This document shows positions 18,391-30,548 of a DNA stretch of 64,000 nt, piece by piece. The first letter of the stretch is position 1; every line of letters begins with the position of its first letter. Origin of the DNA: Phyllobates terribilis (lineage: Eukaryota); the NCBI RefSeq assembly GCF_046119375.1, contig NW_027362761.1, positions 303,118,001 to 303,182,000 of the forward strand, read 5' to 3'. The notes beneath the pieces are model-generated. The model worked only from the letters and a program-made list of their open reading frames with translations. It did no database searches and was not told the DNA's origin. Made by a program: the position numbers and the translations under genes.

Positions 18391-20009
18391 CAGTACAGAC
18401 CAAAAGTTTGGACACACCTTCTCATTTAAAGATTTTTCTGTATTTTCATGACTATGAAAATTGTACATTCACACTGAAGGCATCAAAACTATGAATTAAC
18501 ACATGTGTTATTATATACTTAAAATTGTGAAACAACTGAAAATATGTCTTATATTCTAGGTTCTTCAAAGTAGTCACGTTTTGCTTTGATGACTGCTTTG
18601 CAAACTCTTGGCATTCTCTTGATGAGCTTCAAGAGGTAGTCACCTGAAATGGTCTTCCAACAATCTTGAATGAGTTCCCAGAGATGCTTAGCACTTGTTG
18701 GCCCTTTTGCCTTCACTCTGCGGCCCACCTCACCCCAAACCATCTCGATTGGGTTCAGGTCTGGTGACTGAGGAGGCCAGGTCATCTGGCGTAGCACCCC
18801 ATCACTCTCCTTCTTGGTCAAATAGCCCTTACACAGCCTGGAGGTGTGTTTGGGGTCATTGTCCTGTTGAAAAATAAATGATGGTCCAACTAAACGCAAA
18901 CCGGATGGAATAGTATGCCGCTGCAAGATGCTGTGGTAGCCATGCTGGTTCAGTATGCCTTCAATTTTGAATAAATTTCCAACAGTGTCACCAGCAAAGC
19001 ACTCCCACACTATCACACCTCCTCCATGCTTCACGGTGGGAACCAGGCATGTAGAGTCCATCCGTTCACCTTTTCTGCGTCGCACAAAGACACGGTGGTT
19101 GGAACCAAAGATCTCAAATTTGGACCCATCAGACCAAAGCACAGATTTCCACTGGTCTAATGTCCATTCCTTGTGTTCTTTAGCCCAAACAAGTCTCTTC
19201 TGCTTGTTGCCTGTCCTTAGCAGTGGTTTCCTAGCAGCTGTTTTACCATGAAGGCCTGCTGCACAAAGTCTCCTCTTAACAGTTGTTGAAGAGATGTGTC
19301 TGCTGCTAGAACTCTGTGTGGCATTGACCTGGTCTCTAATCTGAGCTGCTGTTAACCTGCGATTTCTGAGGCTGGTGACTCGAATAAACTTATCCTCAGA
19401 AGCAGAGGTGACTCTTGGTCTTCCTTTCCTGGGGCGGTCCTCTTGTGAGCCAGTTTCTTTGTAGCGCTTGATGGTTTTTGCAACTGCACTTGGGGACACT
19501 TTCAAAGTTTGCCCAATTTTTCGGACTGACTGACCTTCATTTCTTAAAGTAATGATGGCCACTCGTTTTTCTTTATTTAGCTGCTTTTTTCTTGCCATAA
19601 TACAAATTCTAACAGTCTATTCACTAGGACTATCAGCTGTGTATCCACCTGACTTCTGCACAACAAAACTGATGGTCCCAATCCCACTTATAAGGCAAGA
19701 AATCCCACTTATGAAACCTAACAGGGCACACCTGTGAAGTGAAAACCATTTCCAGTGACTACCTCTTGAAGTTCATCAAGAGAATGCCAAGAGTGTGCAA
19801 AGCAGTCATCAAAGCAAAAGGTGGCTACTTTGAAGAACCTAGAATATAAGACATATTTTCAGTTGTTTCACACTTTTTTGTTAAGTATATAATTCCACAT
19901 GTGTTAATTCATAGTTTTGATGCCTTCAGTGTGAATGTACAATTTTCATAGTCATGAAAATACAGAAAAATCTTTAGATGAGGTGTGTCCAAACTTTTGG
20001 TCTGTACTG
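18391..20009 (-). mobile_element. Tc1/mariner DD38E (Intruder-type) transposon with about 264-bp TIRs
   Basis: TA-flanked CAGTACAGACCAAAAGTTTGGACACAC termini; TIRs 18391-18653 and 19745-20009. Confidence 0.95.
18549..19598 (-). CDS. DD38E transposase, 349 aa, full length but with substitutions at conserved sites
   Basis: 38 residues counted between QQD and PIE; GRPR present. WSDGSK, HGGG-V and VWECF differ from WSDESK, HGGGGV and WGC in the copy at 36949. Confidence 0.85.
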   Translation of the reverse strand: MARKKQLNKEKRVAIITLRNEGQSVRKIGQTLKVSPSAVAKTIKRYKETGSQEDRPRKGRPRVTSASEDKFIRVTSLRNRRLTAAQIRDQVNATQSSSSRHISSTTVKRRLCAAGLHGKTAARKPLLRTGNKQKRLVWAKEHKEWTLDQWKSVLWSDGSKFEIFGSNHRVFVRRRKGERMDSTCLVPTVKHGGGVIVWECFAGDTVGNLFKIEGILNQHGYHSILQRHTIPSGLRLVGPSFIFQQDNDPKHTSRLCKGYLTKKESDGVLRQMTWPPQSPDLNPIEMVWGEVGRRVKAKGPTSAKHLWELIQDCWKTISGDYLLKLIKRMPRVCKAVIKAKRDYFEEPRI

Positions 20010-23000
20010 TATGTGTGTTTGTATGTGTGTGTGTGTATGAGTGTGAAAGCTATTTCTTTTTTCATTTATATATTTTCATTTTTTTCATTAAAAAAGAAAT
20101 GTGCTTGATTTCCATTCATTATTATATAATACCGATATTCATATTGATTTCCTAAATCCTAAGCATCATTTCTGAGAAGCACAAGTAGAGTAAGTTGCCA
20201 GGCTGAATGATTCAGTTGAAGAAAAGGCGTGTTTTCATTTTTATTTTATTTTGTCTTCGTTTGACATCTGTAGTCAATGTAATCAGTAGTTTGGCTAAGT
20301 TTATGAAGCCATTACACATATTGACTTCAAACAGTCTGGCATTGAGGTCTGCATCTGCCACTTTGATCCAATTGCTGCCTTTTTGCATCCATTTATGTTT
20401 TTCCCTTAAGATAATTTGGATGGGAGCTGCATATGCATGCCAACTTTTGTACATTAGGAGCTTTTAGAGAGAAGAGTAAATTATAACAAACACATTGGGG
20501 GTGTGTAGCCATCAATTCATGCCTTCCATTTAAATGAAACACTGGGCTTGAAAAAATTGAGTATTTTTTCTTTCTTTTCTTTAAAATATCACAATTAATT
20601 TTCCTGAAAAGAAAGAATCATAGATAGCGTAAACCTTTTATTAGAATAAAACTTAAATCTAAAAGTAAATATAGTCATATATTTTCTTCTCATACATAAT
20701 TAGATGCCAGCCTTTCCCCATAATTTAAAAAGTTTACAAAGGATTTAATGATAATTGAATTAGTCTTTCTTAACCACAGAGCACCATAGCAGGCAACACT
20801 ACGCTCAGTTAAAGTAACTCTACCCACATGCTGTTTCTCAGAGAAAAGATTTATCATCAATCTTATGGCTTAAAGGAGATAAAAAATACTTTAAATTCAC
20901 AGCTGCTTCACTAAAATCATTTTCCTAAAATCCCCAACATTTCAGATTACAAGATGTTCTTTATATATATATCCTATGTTTTGACAATGGAATGTATGGC
21001 TCCATGACAATAGATTTATTCAAAGATAGTTTTGCCATAGAGCATCATTTTTTACAGAATAGAGATGTCAGAACCAGGGAGGTTCTTCTATGTGCCATAT
21101 GGTTTACCATGTATTTAAAACGTGTGGCTGGCTATAAGGTGCATTTACTCTGCAAGATTACTGTGTGCGAGCATTCATAAGAACGCTTGTTTCACAATAA
21201 CCAATCTTGCATTCAAAACAGGCTGCCGACCACAAGCAAAACACGCATTCATCGAGTGAAACGATCTTTTGGTTTTCATAAAAGATCATTGTTCTTGGTG
21301 GTGGCATTTGCATATAGCATTGATTGTATGTTTAATGACATGCACAATATTGATAGTCTACAAGATTGTCTACAATATATTGGGGTGCCCAACCTACATC
21401 CCACAAAACTTTTAAGTGCTGCCCTCTACCATAAAGTAATTGGGACACTGTGTGGCTGACACTATTATGAAGGTTGATGTGTGGTTGGCATTATTATGAG
21501 GCATGCTATGTGTGTGAATGGATTGTATTTTAGAGGGAATCTGTCAGCATAATTTCAAAATCCAAACTATTTATAAGGGCATATGGCTCTTACATATAGA
21601 AGTCCAGCAAAACATTTATATGGCCAGCCCGTTCCTACGTTACTGAGAAATCAGCATTTGAATTGATATCCAATGAGGCTGTAGATCTGAAATTTCTGTC
21701 ACTCCAGCTCTATTCTCTGCCCAGCATTGCCTCTTCCTGCTTGACTGACAGCTACTTTGCTTGAAGTCTCATAGCACTGAGATGATCACTCAAGAAGAAT
21801 AAGGTAGTGCTGGGTGGAGAATAGAGCTGGTGTGACAGATTTTTCAGATCTCCAGCCTCATTTGCATATCAATCCAAATTCTGATTTATCAGTTACAAAG
21901 GAACAAACTGTCTGGGTTAAGGTATTGCTGAACTTGCTGGTCTTTAACCTCTTTGTAGCCCAAGGCATACTAATACATATCTGCGCCCTGGGACTTAAGA
22001 CCCTGATAAGTATTAATATGCCCTAGCTTTAATGTGGTTCCACGACCAAAGTCGCTGTGATTGCATTAAATTTCCAGTGCCATTTTACCTCAGGGTAGAT
22101 GGCGCTGTCATCTCAGGGGGTGTTGCCGCCCCCCCCCCCCCCCCCGCACACACGATCACTGTGATTGGCTGTTCAATTCTGAACAGCCAATCACACCATT
22201 TCTCACTGTTTCCGGCCATCAGATTGACAGAAACAGTGATGTGCAGCCTAGGATCGGTGCTCCTAAGAGCACCGATCCTAGGCTGCTGCCTAGAGACTCC
22301 AGCTCTCTCCCCAACCTGCTATGGTCGGTGCGATCGCCGATCACACTGATCATAGTGCGACCGCGCGGTGACAGGGCGGTCACGGGGCGGTGACAGGCTT
22401 GTGACCTGCCTGTCACCGCCCCATGACCCCTTGTGATGTCAGCTGAGGCCCCAGACAGCTCTGATTGAAGCGATTAATGATGACATCGATCACTCCAATC
22501 AGAGTACCTGAACACAGGTCACAAGGCGGTGTCACCTCCTTGTGACCCCCTGTGATGCTGCCCAGGCCCGAGCCATCTCTGATTGGTGCGATCAATGTCA
22601 TCATCGATCGCATCAATCAGAGTGCCTGACCGGGAGGTGACCGGGTGGTGACTGACATTTGACCTGGCTGTCACCACCCTATCTCCCCCCTGTGACCGCC
22701 CTACAAATCCTCACACTTGGTGAGGATTTCTACAGAGCGGTCACATTTAATCATCTCTGTGCTGGGCCTTGTGGTGCCACAGAAGCACCTGTGACACCAC
22801 AAGACTTTCTTCTCACCTGCTCCAGTCGCTGCTGCTGCTCAAGCGTCCTACTGCGGTCTCCTGGGTCCTGGGTCTCCTGCTGTGTCCTGCTGCTGCGGAT
22901 CCTGCTCCAGAGCCTCCTCCAGAACCTGTTGGTGATCCTGCTGCTGAAAGAAGAACAGAGAAGACTTTGGTAAGTCCATCTCTGTTCTCCCCTTATCCAT

Positions 23001-23868
23001 CCCAATCCCCCTCACGCCCCACCTTGTTTTACCCCCCTTCCTCCCAGTTGTTGTTTTTTTGTGCGTCCTGCAGAGGCCAAGCGCTGACCAGTGACTACGT
23101 CACTGATCAACGTCCGTGCTCGCTGCTTTTCAGGACTTTTTTTTGTCCCCGTCAACTCTTCCACCCCCTCACTTTGCACCACCTCCATGCGTGCATCCAG
23201 CAGCCGCCGAGAGTTGATCGGTGACGCAAATCACCGATCAGCACTCGCGCTCGCTACTTTACCCTTTTTTCAACTAACCTTTTTTCTTTTCTAGAGGGCA
23301 GTCGTGCTGTCCGATTGTGCGCTGTGCTGGGCCTTGCAGTGCCACAGAAGCCTGTGACACCACAATCGCCGCTCCTGCTCCAGAAGACATCTTACAGAAG
23401 ACATCTGAAAGACGATATCTGAAAGATGACAACTGTAAGTAGGTTTTTTGATCCCTCCTCATCCACCCCAATCCCCCTCTCCCCCTCTCCATCCCTCTTT
23501 CTGCCACCAAGTGCTGATCATTACTTTATCTGTACTTGATTGCTCGACTGTTGTCCGTTTTTTTTTTAGGACTTCCTGCAGCGGCCGGACGCTGATCAGT
23601 GACCACAGATCACTGATCCGCACTCGTGCTCACTGTTTTACACAGCCTCGTCCTTTGCACCACATCCGCACGCACATCCAGCAGCCGCCGAGCGTTGATC
23701 GGTGACATAGTTCACCGATCCACACTCATGCTTGCTGTTTGCACCGCCTACTGTAGTTCCTTTTTTTCTCTTTTTTTTCAGAAAAAAAAGTTCACACCAA
23801 GCACAATGACACATACACACTCTAAATAAAGTACTGACACACACGCACCACATAAATAACAAATAAAA

Positions 23869-25591
23869 ATGTCACACTCATCCCAAACTCGCTATTCAGC
23901 GGAGGAGGCATACGCTTTTCTTGCCTCCAACACTGACAGCGAGGATCCCACCTTTCTTTATTTTTCTGATTCTTTGTCGTCCTCCTCTTCATCCTCTTCT
24001 TCCCCCTCCTCTTCCTCCTCTTCCTCCTCAGGTGCTGCTGAACCGCCACACAGATGCCCCGGGAGATAAGATGAACCAGCGCCCCCCACTACTGACCCAG
24101 TATGGACCTCGCCCCCTGAAAATTATGAGCCACTTTCGTGGCGGAATCAGGAATCAAGTTTGACACCACCGGTCTCACAGAAATAAACTTTTTCAAAATC
24201 TTTTTCTCTGAGGATTTCGTAAACCTCATGGTGGGCCAAATTAATTTATACACTCATCAATTTTTTGAACAAAACCCCTCTTCATAATTTTCTAACTGGT
24301 CTCCTGTAGACACAGTAGAAATAATGAAGTTTTGAGGCCTGGTCCTTCATATGGGGATCCTGAAGAAGCCAGAACTTCAGCAATACTGGAGTGTTGACTT
24401 TTTGTATAACACTCCAGTGTTCCGAATGGTCATGACCCGGAAATGTTTTGAGGCCATCCAGAAGTTCTTGCATTACAATGATAATGCAAGGTGTCCTGCA
24501 CGCGATGACCCGAACTTTGATCGTCTTTTCAAAGGTCGGCTGGTCATCGACCACTTCAACAATAAGTTTGCTGAAGTGCCCCAAAGGGACATCTGTGTGG
24601 ATGAGTCCTTAATCCATTTTAAGGGGCGGCTTGGATTCCGACAGTACCTGCCCAGTAAGAGGGCCAGATACGGAATCAAGCTGTATAAACTTTGTGAAAG
24701 TACCTCAGGGTATACTCACAAGTTTAGAGTTTATGAAGGGAAGGACTCCCGGATTGAACCCCCTGAATGCCCCCCTGTTCTGGGAGTGAGTTGGAAAATT
24801 GTGTGGGACTTGGTGCACCCACTGCTGGATAAAGGTTATCACCTGTACGTGGATAACTTTTATTCCAGTGTCCCTCTCTTCAAGTCCCTCTCTGCGTGAT
24901 GTACCACAGCCTGCGGTACTGTCTGCAAAAATCAGAGAGGCCCCCTAAGATGATACTTGGGCAGCTGCTCAGAAGGGGTGAAAGCAGAGCCCAATGTAGC
25001 GACCACCTTCTGGTGGTCAAGCACAAGGACAAGAGGGATGTCTTTTTCTTGACCACCATACATGGTGATGGCAGCACCCTCAGCACTGTACGAGGTTCCA
25101 CTACACAGGTCATCAAACCAGACTGTGTAGTGGGGTACAACAAGTACGTTGGGGTAGCTGATCACTCTGATCAACTCCTCCAGCCATACAGTGCTTTGAG
25201 AAAGGCCAAGGTGTGGTGCAAGAAGTTGGCCATGCACATTGTACAGATGGCAATGCACAATGCTTTCCTTTTGTCACAATGTGCAGGCCAGACTTCTACG
25301 TCGTACCTTCACTTCCAGGAGGTAGTTATCAAGGCCCTGATATTTGGCAGTGGTGACGGAGCAGGCCCGAGTACTTCCGGAACTGAAGGACCTTGAATTG
25401 TACCAGGCCAGCATTTCCTGGGGCAGATCCCTCACAGCGGAAAAAAAGGTAAGTCACAAAAGAAGTGTCGAGTATGTTATAAAAGGGGAATATGCAAGGA
25501 CACCATTTATCAATATGACACTTGCCCCAACAAACCTGGCCAGTGCATGAAAGAATGCTTCAAAAGGTACCATACTTCTTTGGACTACTAA
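23869..25591 (+). pseudogene. piggyBac transposase, multiple frameshifts and stops
   Basis: MSHSSQTRYSAEEA, DICVDESLIHFKGR, YGIKLYKLCES, YVDNFY, DHSDQ, VWCKKL and a C-terminal Cys-rich domain ending CFKRYHTSLDY-stop. Confidence 0.92.
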
Positions 25592-25739
25592 ATTAATTTC
25601 TGACGCATGACAACCTGACGAACACTACACAACTGACGTAGTGTTCGTCAGGTTGTCCTACATCAGTTGTATAGTGTTTGTCAGGTTGTCCTGCACAACT
25701 GACGTATGACACTACATTATAAGATTCACAAATCGGGTA

Positions 25740-27400
25740 TCAGTTCCAAAAAGGGGGCACCTCTTGGGCATTTCCACTGTTTAGGCATATCAGGGGCTGT
25801 GAGAACGTGAAATGACGCCCGCAGACCATTCCATCAAAATCTGCATTCCAAAGTGTCACTCCTTCCCTTCTGAGCCCTGAAGTGCGCCCAAACATTAGTT
25901 TTCTCCAACACATTGGGTATCAGTGCACTCAGGAGAAATTGCACAACAACTTTTGGGGTACAATTTCTCCTGTTATCCTCGTGAAAATAAAAAAATTGCG
26001 GCTGAAAGATCATTATTGTGGAAAAAAATTGGGACAACAGATTTAGAGGTCCACTTTCTCCTGTTACCCTTGTGAAAATATTTTTTTTTTACATTTTTGT
26101 GGAAAAAATATAGTTTTTTTATTTTCACAAGTCAACATTATAATTTTCTGTGAAGCACCTGAGGGTTCAATGTGCTCACCACACATCTAGATAAATTCAT
26201 TGGGGGTCTAGTTTCCAAAAAGGGGGCACTTGTTGGGCATTTCCATTGTTTAAGCACATCAGGGGCTCTGAGAACGTGACATGACGCCCGCAAACCATGC
26301 CATCAAAATCTGCATTTCAAAACGTCTCTTCCCTTCCGAGCCCTGCCGTGTGCCCAAACAATGGCTTTCCTCCACATATGCGGTATCAGCGCACTCAGGA
26401 GAAATTGCACAACAACTTTTGGGGTACAATTTCTCCTGTTACCCTCGTGAAAATAAAAAAATTGCGGCTAAAGGATAGTTTTTGTGGAAAAAAATGTTTT
26501 TTATTTTTTTCACGGCTTTACGTCATAAACGTTTGCGAAACACTTTGGGGTTCAAAGTGCTCACCACACATCTAAATAAGTTACTTAAGAGGTCTAGTTT
26601 CCAAAATGGGGTCACTTGTGGGGGTTTTTCACTGTTTAGGCAAATCAGGGGCTCTACAAACGCGACATAGGGTCCGCTGTCAATTCCAGCGAGTTTTGCA
26701 TTGAAAATGTCAAATGGCACTCTGTCCCTTCCGACCCCTACCGTGCGCCCAAATAATGGCTTTCCCCCCACATATGCAGTATCAGCGTACTCAGGAGAAA
26801 TTGCACAACAACTTTTGGGGTTCAATTTCTCCTGGTACCCTCGTGAAAATAAAAAAATTTCAGCTAAAAGATCGTTTTTGTGGGAAAAAAAATATTATTT
26901 TTTTCACGGCTCTGCGTCATAAACTTTTGCGAAACACTTGGGGGTTGAAAGTGCTCACCACACATCTAAATAAGTTCCTTAAGGGGTCTAGTTTCCAAAA
27001 TGGGGTTAATTGTTGGGGGTTTCCACTGTTTAGGCACATCAGGGGCTCTCCAAACGCGACTTGGGGTCCGCTGTCAATTCCAATGAGTTTTACAGTGAAA
27101 ACGTCAAACGGCGCTCCTTCCCTTCCGAGCCCTGCCTTGTGCCCAAACAATGGCTTTCCCCCACATATGGGGTATCAGCGTACTCAGGAGAAATTGCACA
27201 ACAACTTTGGTTTCCAATTTCTCCTGGTACCCTTGTGAAAATAAAAAAATTGGGGTCTAAAGTAAAATTTTAGTGAAAAAAAGTTAAATGTTCATTTTTT
27301 CCTTTCACATTCAATTAATTGCTGTGAAGCACATGAAGGGTTAATAAACTTCTTGAATGTGGTTTTGAGGGGTGCAGTTTTTAGAATGGTGTCACTTTTG
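25740..27400. repeat. Tandem array of about 390-bp units inside piggyBac copy 1
   Basis: The TTCCAAAA..GGGG.CAC anchor recurs at about 25744, 26213, 26599 and 26993, with a degenerate copy near 27380. Confidence 0.8.
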
Positions 27401-28628
27401 GGTATTTTCTGTCATAAAGACCCGTCAAAGTGACTTCAAATGTGACGTGGAACCTAATTAAAATTGTTTTATAAATTTTGGTGTAAAAATGAGAAATCGC
27501 TGGTCAACTTTTAACCCTTATAGCTCCCTAAAAAAAAAATTTTGATTCCAAAATTGTGCTGATGTAAAGTAGACATGTGGGAAATGTTATTTATTAACTA
27601 CTTTGCGTGATATATCTCTTTGATTTAAGGGCATGAAAATTCAAAGTTTTGAAAATTGTGAAATTTTCCAAATTTTCACTAAATTTCCATTTTTTTCACA
27701 AATAAACACAAGTGATATCAAATAAATTTTACCACTATCACGAAGTACAATATGCCACAAAAAAAAACAGACTCAAAATTAGGAGGGTCCGTTGAAGTGT
27801 TCCAGAGTTCTTACCACATGAAGTGACAGTGGTCAGAATTTTAAAAATTGGCCTGGTCATTAACGTGCAAACCACCCTGGGGGGTGAAGGGGTTAAAAGA
27901 GTTATGTGCACATAAAAATAGTTTGAGCACCTCAAACTTCCCTTAAAGGAATGAAAAGGGGCATTCAGATCTCTCAATTCTTATTTCACCTGGATGTAGC
28001 TAGCCTCATCCTCCTCATCCTCCTCAAGAGGGAGCTCAAAATGTAGGGGGCCCTGTTTTAAAAATAGTGTAACCACCTCCCCCAGGACGTGCAATGGACA
28101 TATCATACTGTATAAGTTTTTCCCATACAGCTTATTCAAAGAGTCAAGGGCAAATTTATCATATGTGCAACTGTGCAGCTGTACATAGGCCCGGTAGATA
28201 AGGGAAACCACTCCCTCTCTAAGGCAGTAAGAAGCTTTATAATGTCTAAGTTAATGTGTGCCGTGAAACTGATTAACAATGGGAGAGTAGAGATGGGAGA
28301 ATCGATTTGCAGGATTCTAGTCCATCGGCTAGGTCAGTAATTTGAGACCACTGGACAGGAGACCTGCGAATCTCCTTACTTACTGACATTCCCAGTACTT
28401 CTTTTAATTAGCTGGGCTAGAGTAACGTTATGATTATGTCTTGCCAACCTGGATAATCAAAGAAGAGATTTGCAAGCCTCCCTTCCAACTGTCACAGATT
28501 ATTATTGCATATTGGCATGTCAGCTATTTACACAGCATGAAAAATACATTCTATAGGCTGAGTGAATCAAAATGTGCATATTGTCGATCATAATGTACTT
28601 ACATATTCCTTCACCAATCACACCTTAA

Positions 28629-29486
28629 AGGGGTTGTCCGGTCTTAAACAACAAGTCTGCAGTCACTCTATATGACTGCAGACTTTTGAATCTTCACATC
28701 GTGCGCATTGCACGCTGTGAGAATTCTCCGGTCCGAGGTCGATAGCGGACAGTTGTGTGACTGCAAGTATGTGATATCCGTACTCCCGGCCACATTCCGA
28801 CTAGATGGACACAGCCTCAATCAATGCAAATGTATTGAGGGAGGCAGTAAATAGTCTAGTCAGAATATGGCCAGGAGTATGCATATTGCCTGACCGCCAT
28901 TCCCAGCGCCAGAACTGGAAAATCCTCACAGCATGCAGAGTGCGCAATGTGAGGATTCACAAGTCTGCAGACTGGTAGCTTAAACGGAGCCTGTCACCAG
29001 AAAAAATGCTATTAACTTGCAGATATGTTGTTAATCTACAGGTTAATAGCATTCCTAACCTGCCCGGCGCCTGCACTTAGCCGAATGCTGCGGGAAAAAA
29101 TTTACTTTATCCTCCCCGGCAGCGATCAGTTTCAGTCACGGGGTGGCGCCATTGCTCTGAGAATACAGAGGGGCTGTAATAGCACCCCCGGGCCCTGAGT
29201 ATCACTGGATCTGCATTGGGGCCGGCTATCATTCAGGGCCAGGGGAGCAGTTACATCTGCTGCTCTGTATACTCAGAGTGATGACTGATCTTGTGCCGGC
29301 GCCGCCCCCGTGGTTGAAACCCGAAAGCTGCGTGAGGAATAAACTGCATTTTCTCCCCATAGCGTTTGGCTAAGTGCAGGCACTGAGCAGGTTAGTAACG
29401 CTATTAACCTGAAGATTAACCCCATATCTGCAAGTTAATAATGTTTTTTTCTGGTGACAGGTTCCCTTTCAGACTGGACAACCCCT
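28629..29486. mobile_element. T2/Kolobok-type MITE (about 370 bp net) containing a second MITE
   Basis: TTAA-AGGGGTTGTCC...GGACAACCCCT-TTAA with palindromic arms. Confidence 0.85.
28984..29467. mobile_element. Nested T2/Kolobok-type MITE, 484 bp
   Basis: TTAA / TTCA flanks; long TIRs CCTGTCACCAGAAAAAATGCTATTAACTTGCAGATATG and complement. Confidence 0.8.
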
Positions 29487-30548
29487 TTAAGTAAACAAGG
29501 AATGAATGCCACTTTGGTGCCCAACCTTTTCCTAGTCATATACCTATCCAATTCTTTATTCATTCACACTTTGTGCACTCATGTATGTCTTCCAGCTAAA
29601 CTGCGCAGTGCTCCCTAAGACCATTACATAATTCATGCACATCAGAGTTCAGTAGGGGAAATATAATTGGCAGCCATCCGTTGTTAGCACTTTAGTTGTA
29701 TGGGAAGATGTCCCAAGTGATCGTGTAATAGATAAGTGGAAATGCCCAAAATTGGCTTTATCAGGCTTTAAACTTAAACTTTATACTTTTTCTGCAAAAG
29801 TTATGAAATCACTCATTTGTGGACCTTGATAAAGCAAGGCTATTGTAGAGTTTCTATTTGTCTACAGTGAGTGTAGAACATCAGGAAAAAAAAAAAAAGT
29901 TTCTCGTCATAAATCACAAAGCACTTGACTGAGAGGCTGTCTACCTTTCTAAAGACTGTGATTTCCTATACAGAAAGCTGCTTTGTTTTAATTGCTTATT
30001 AAAGGATATGCTTCAGAGAACATTTTTTGTTATGCCCTGGCTCTATTTTTCTCATCTTTAAAGGGCATGTTTCCATTTCCTCAGAGCTCAAATGGCAAGC
30101 TAATAGAATGCCGCATTATTTTTTTTAGAGTATAAAGTAACTACCATGTTGTGCTCGTTCTATTGAAAAATTCTATTGATCTGCTATGTGAACTCTAAAG
30201 AGCTTGAAACATACAGTTCAGATGTAGCCAGTATCATTGTGATAGCTTATCCTGTCTGAGTTTAAAATAAAAATGTAACACGTTCTCCAAAGAATTGCAT
30301 GGCAGGGATGGTGCCGAATTTTACAGAGCAATCCAACTTTCCTTTAAGCATAAGAATATATCTATTTCTCTCTGCACTGGGGTGGTTGGGATTTTTTTAT
30401 TTTGGCTTTAGCTGCGTATTTGGAGAGATTTTTATAATGATCATTATACAGCAGTTTCAAAATCACAGTATTGTTTCAAAGCCAGAAATTGCTGTTTTCA
30501 CTTAAAAGGAGAATGCATAAGTCAATCGCTAAGAAGGTTATAGGGCTA

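Larger units (their letters stand above)
21948..27892 (+). mobile_element. piggyBac (PGBD4-like) element, copy 1, 5945 bp, defective
   Basis: TTAA at 21944-21947 and 27893-27896, CC(T/C)CTT...AAGGGG termini, transposase fragments, colinear with inverted copy 2. Confidence 0.9.
21534..27943. mobile_element. TTAA-type (Kolobok/T2-like) MITE interrupted in its right arm by piggyBac copy 1
   Basis: AGGGAATCTGTCAGCA start; homologous to the uninterrupted MITE at 31716-32189; the arm resumes at 27897 (AAGAGTTATGTGCAC). Ends are approximate. Confidence 0.65.

Noticed and set aside
22659-23224. Leu/Ser/Arg-rich ORFs in the piggyBac 5' region (and 47982-48466)
   Set aside because: They are low-complexity CTG/CAG-rich sequence, and the frames are not preserved between the two copies.
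26281-27273. Multiple similar short ORFs (also 43912-45035, 15107-15699)
   Set aside because: They are translations of the ~390-bp non-coding tandem unit.
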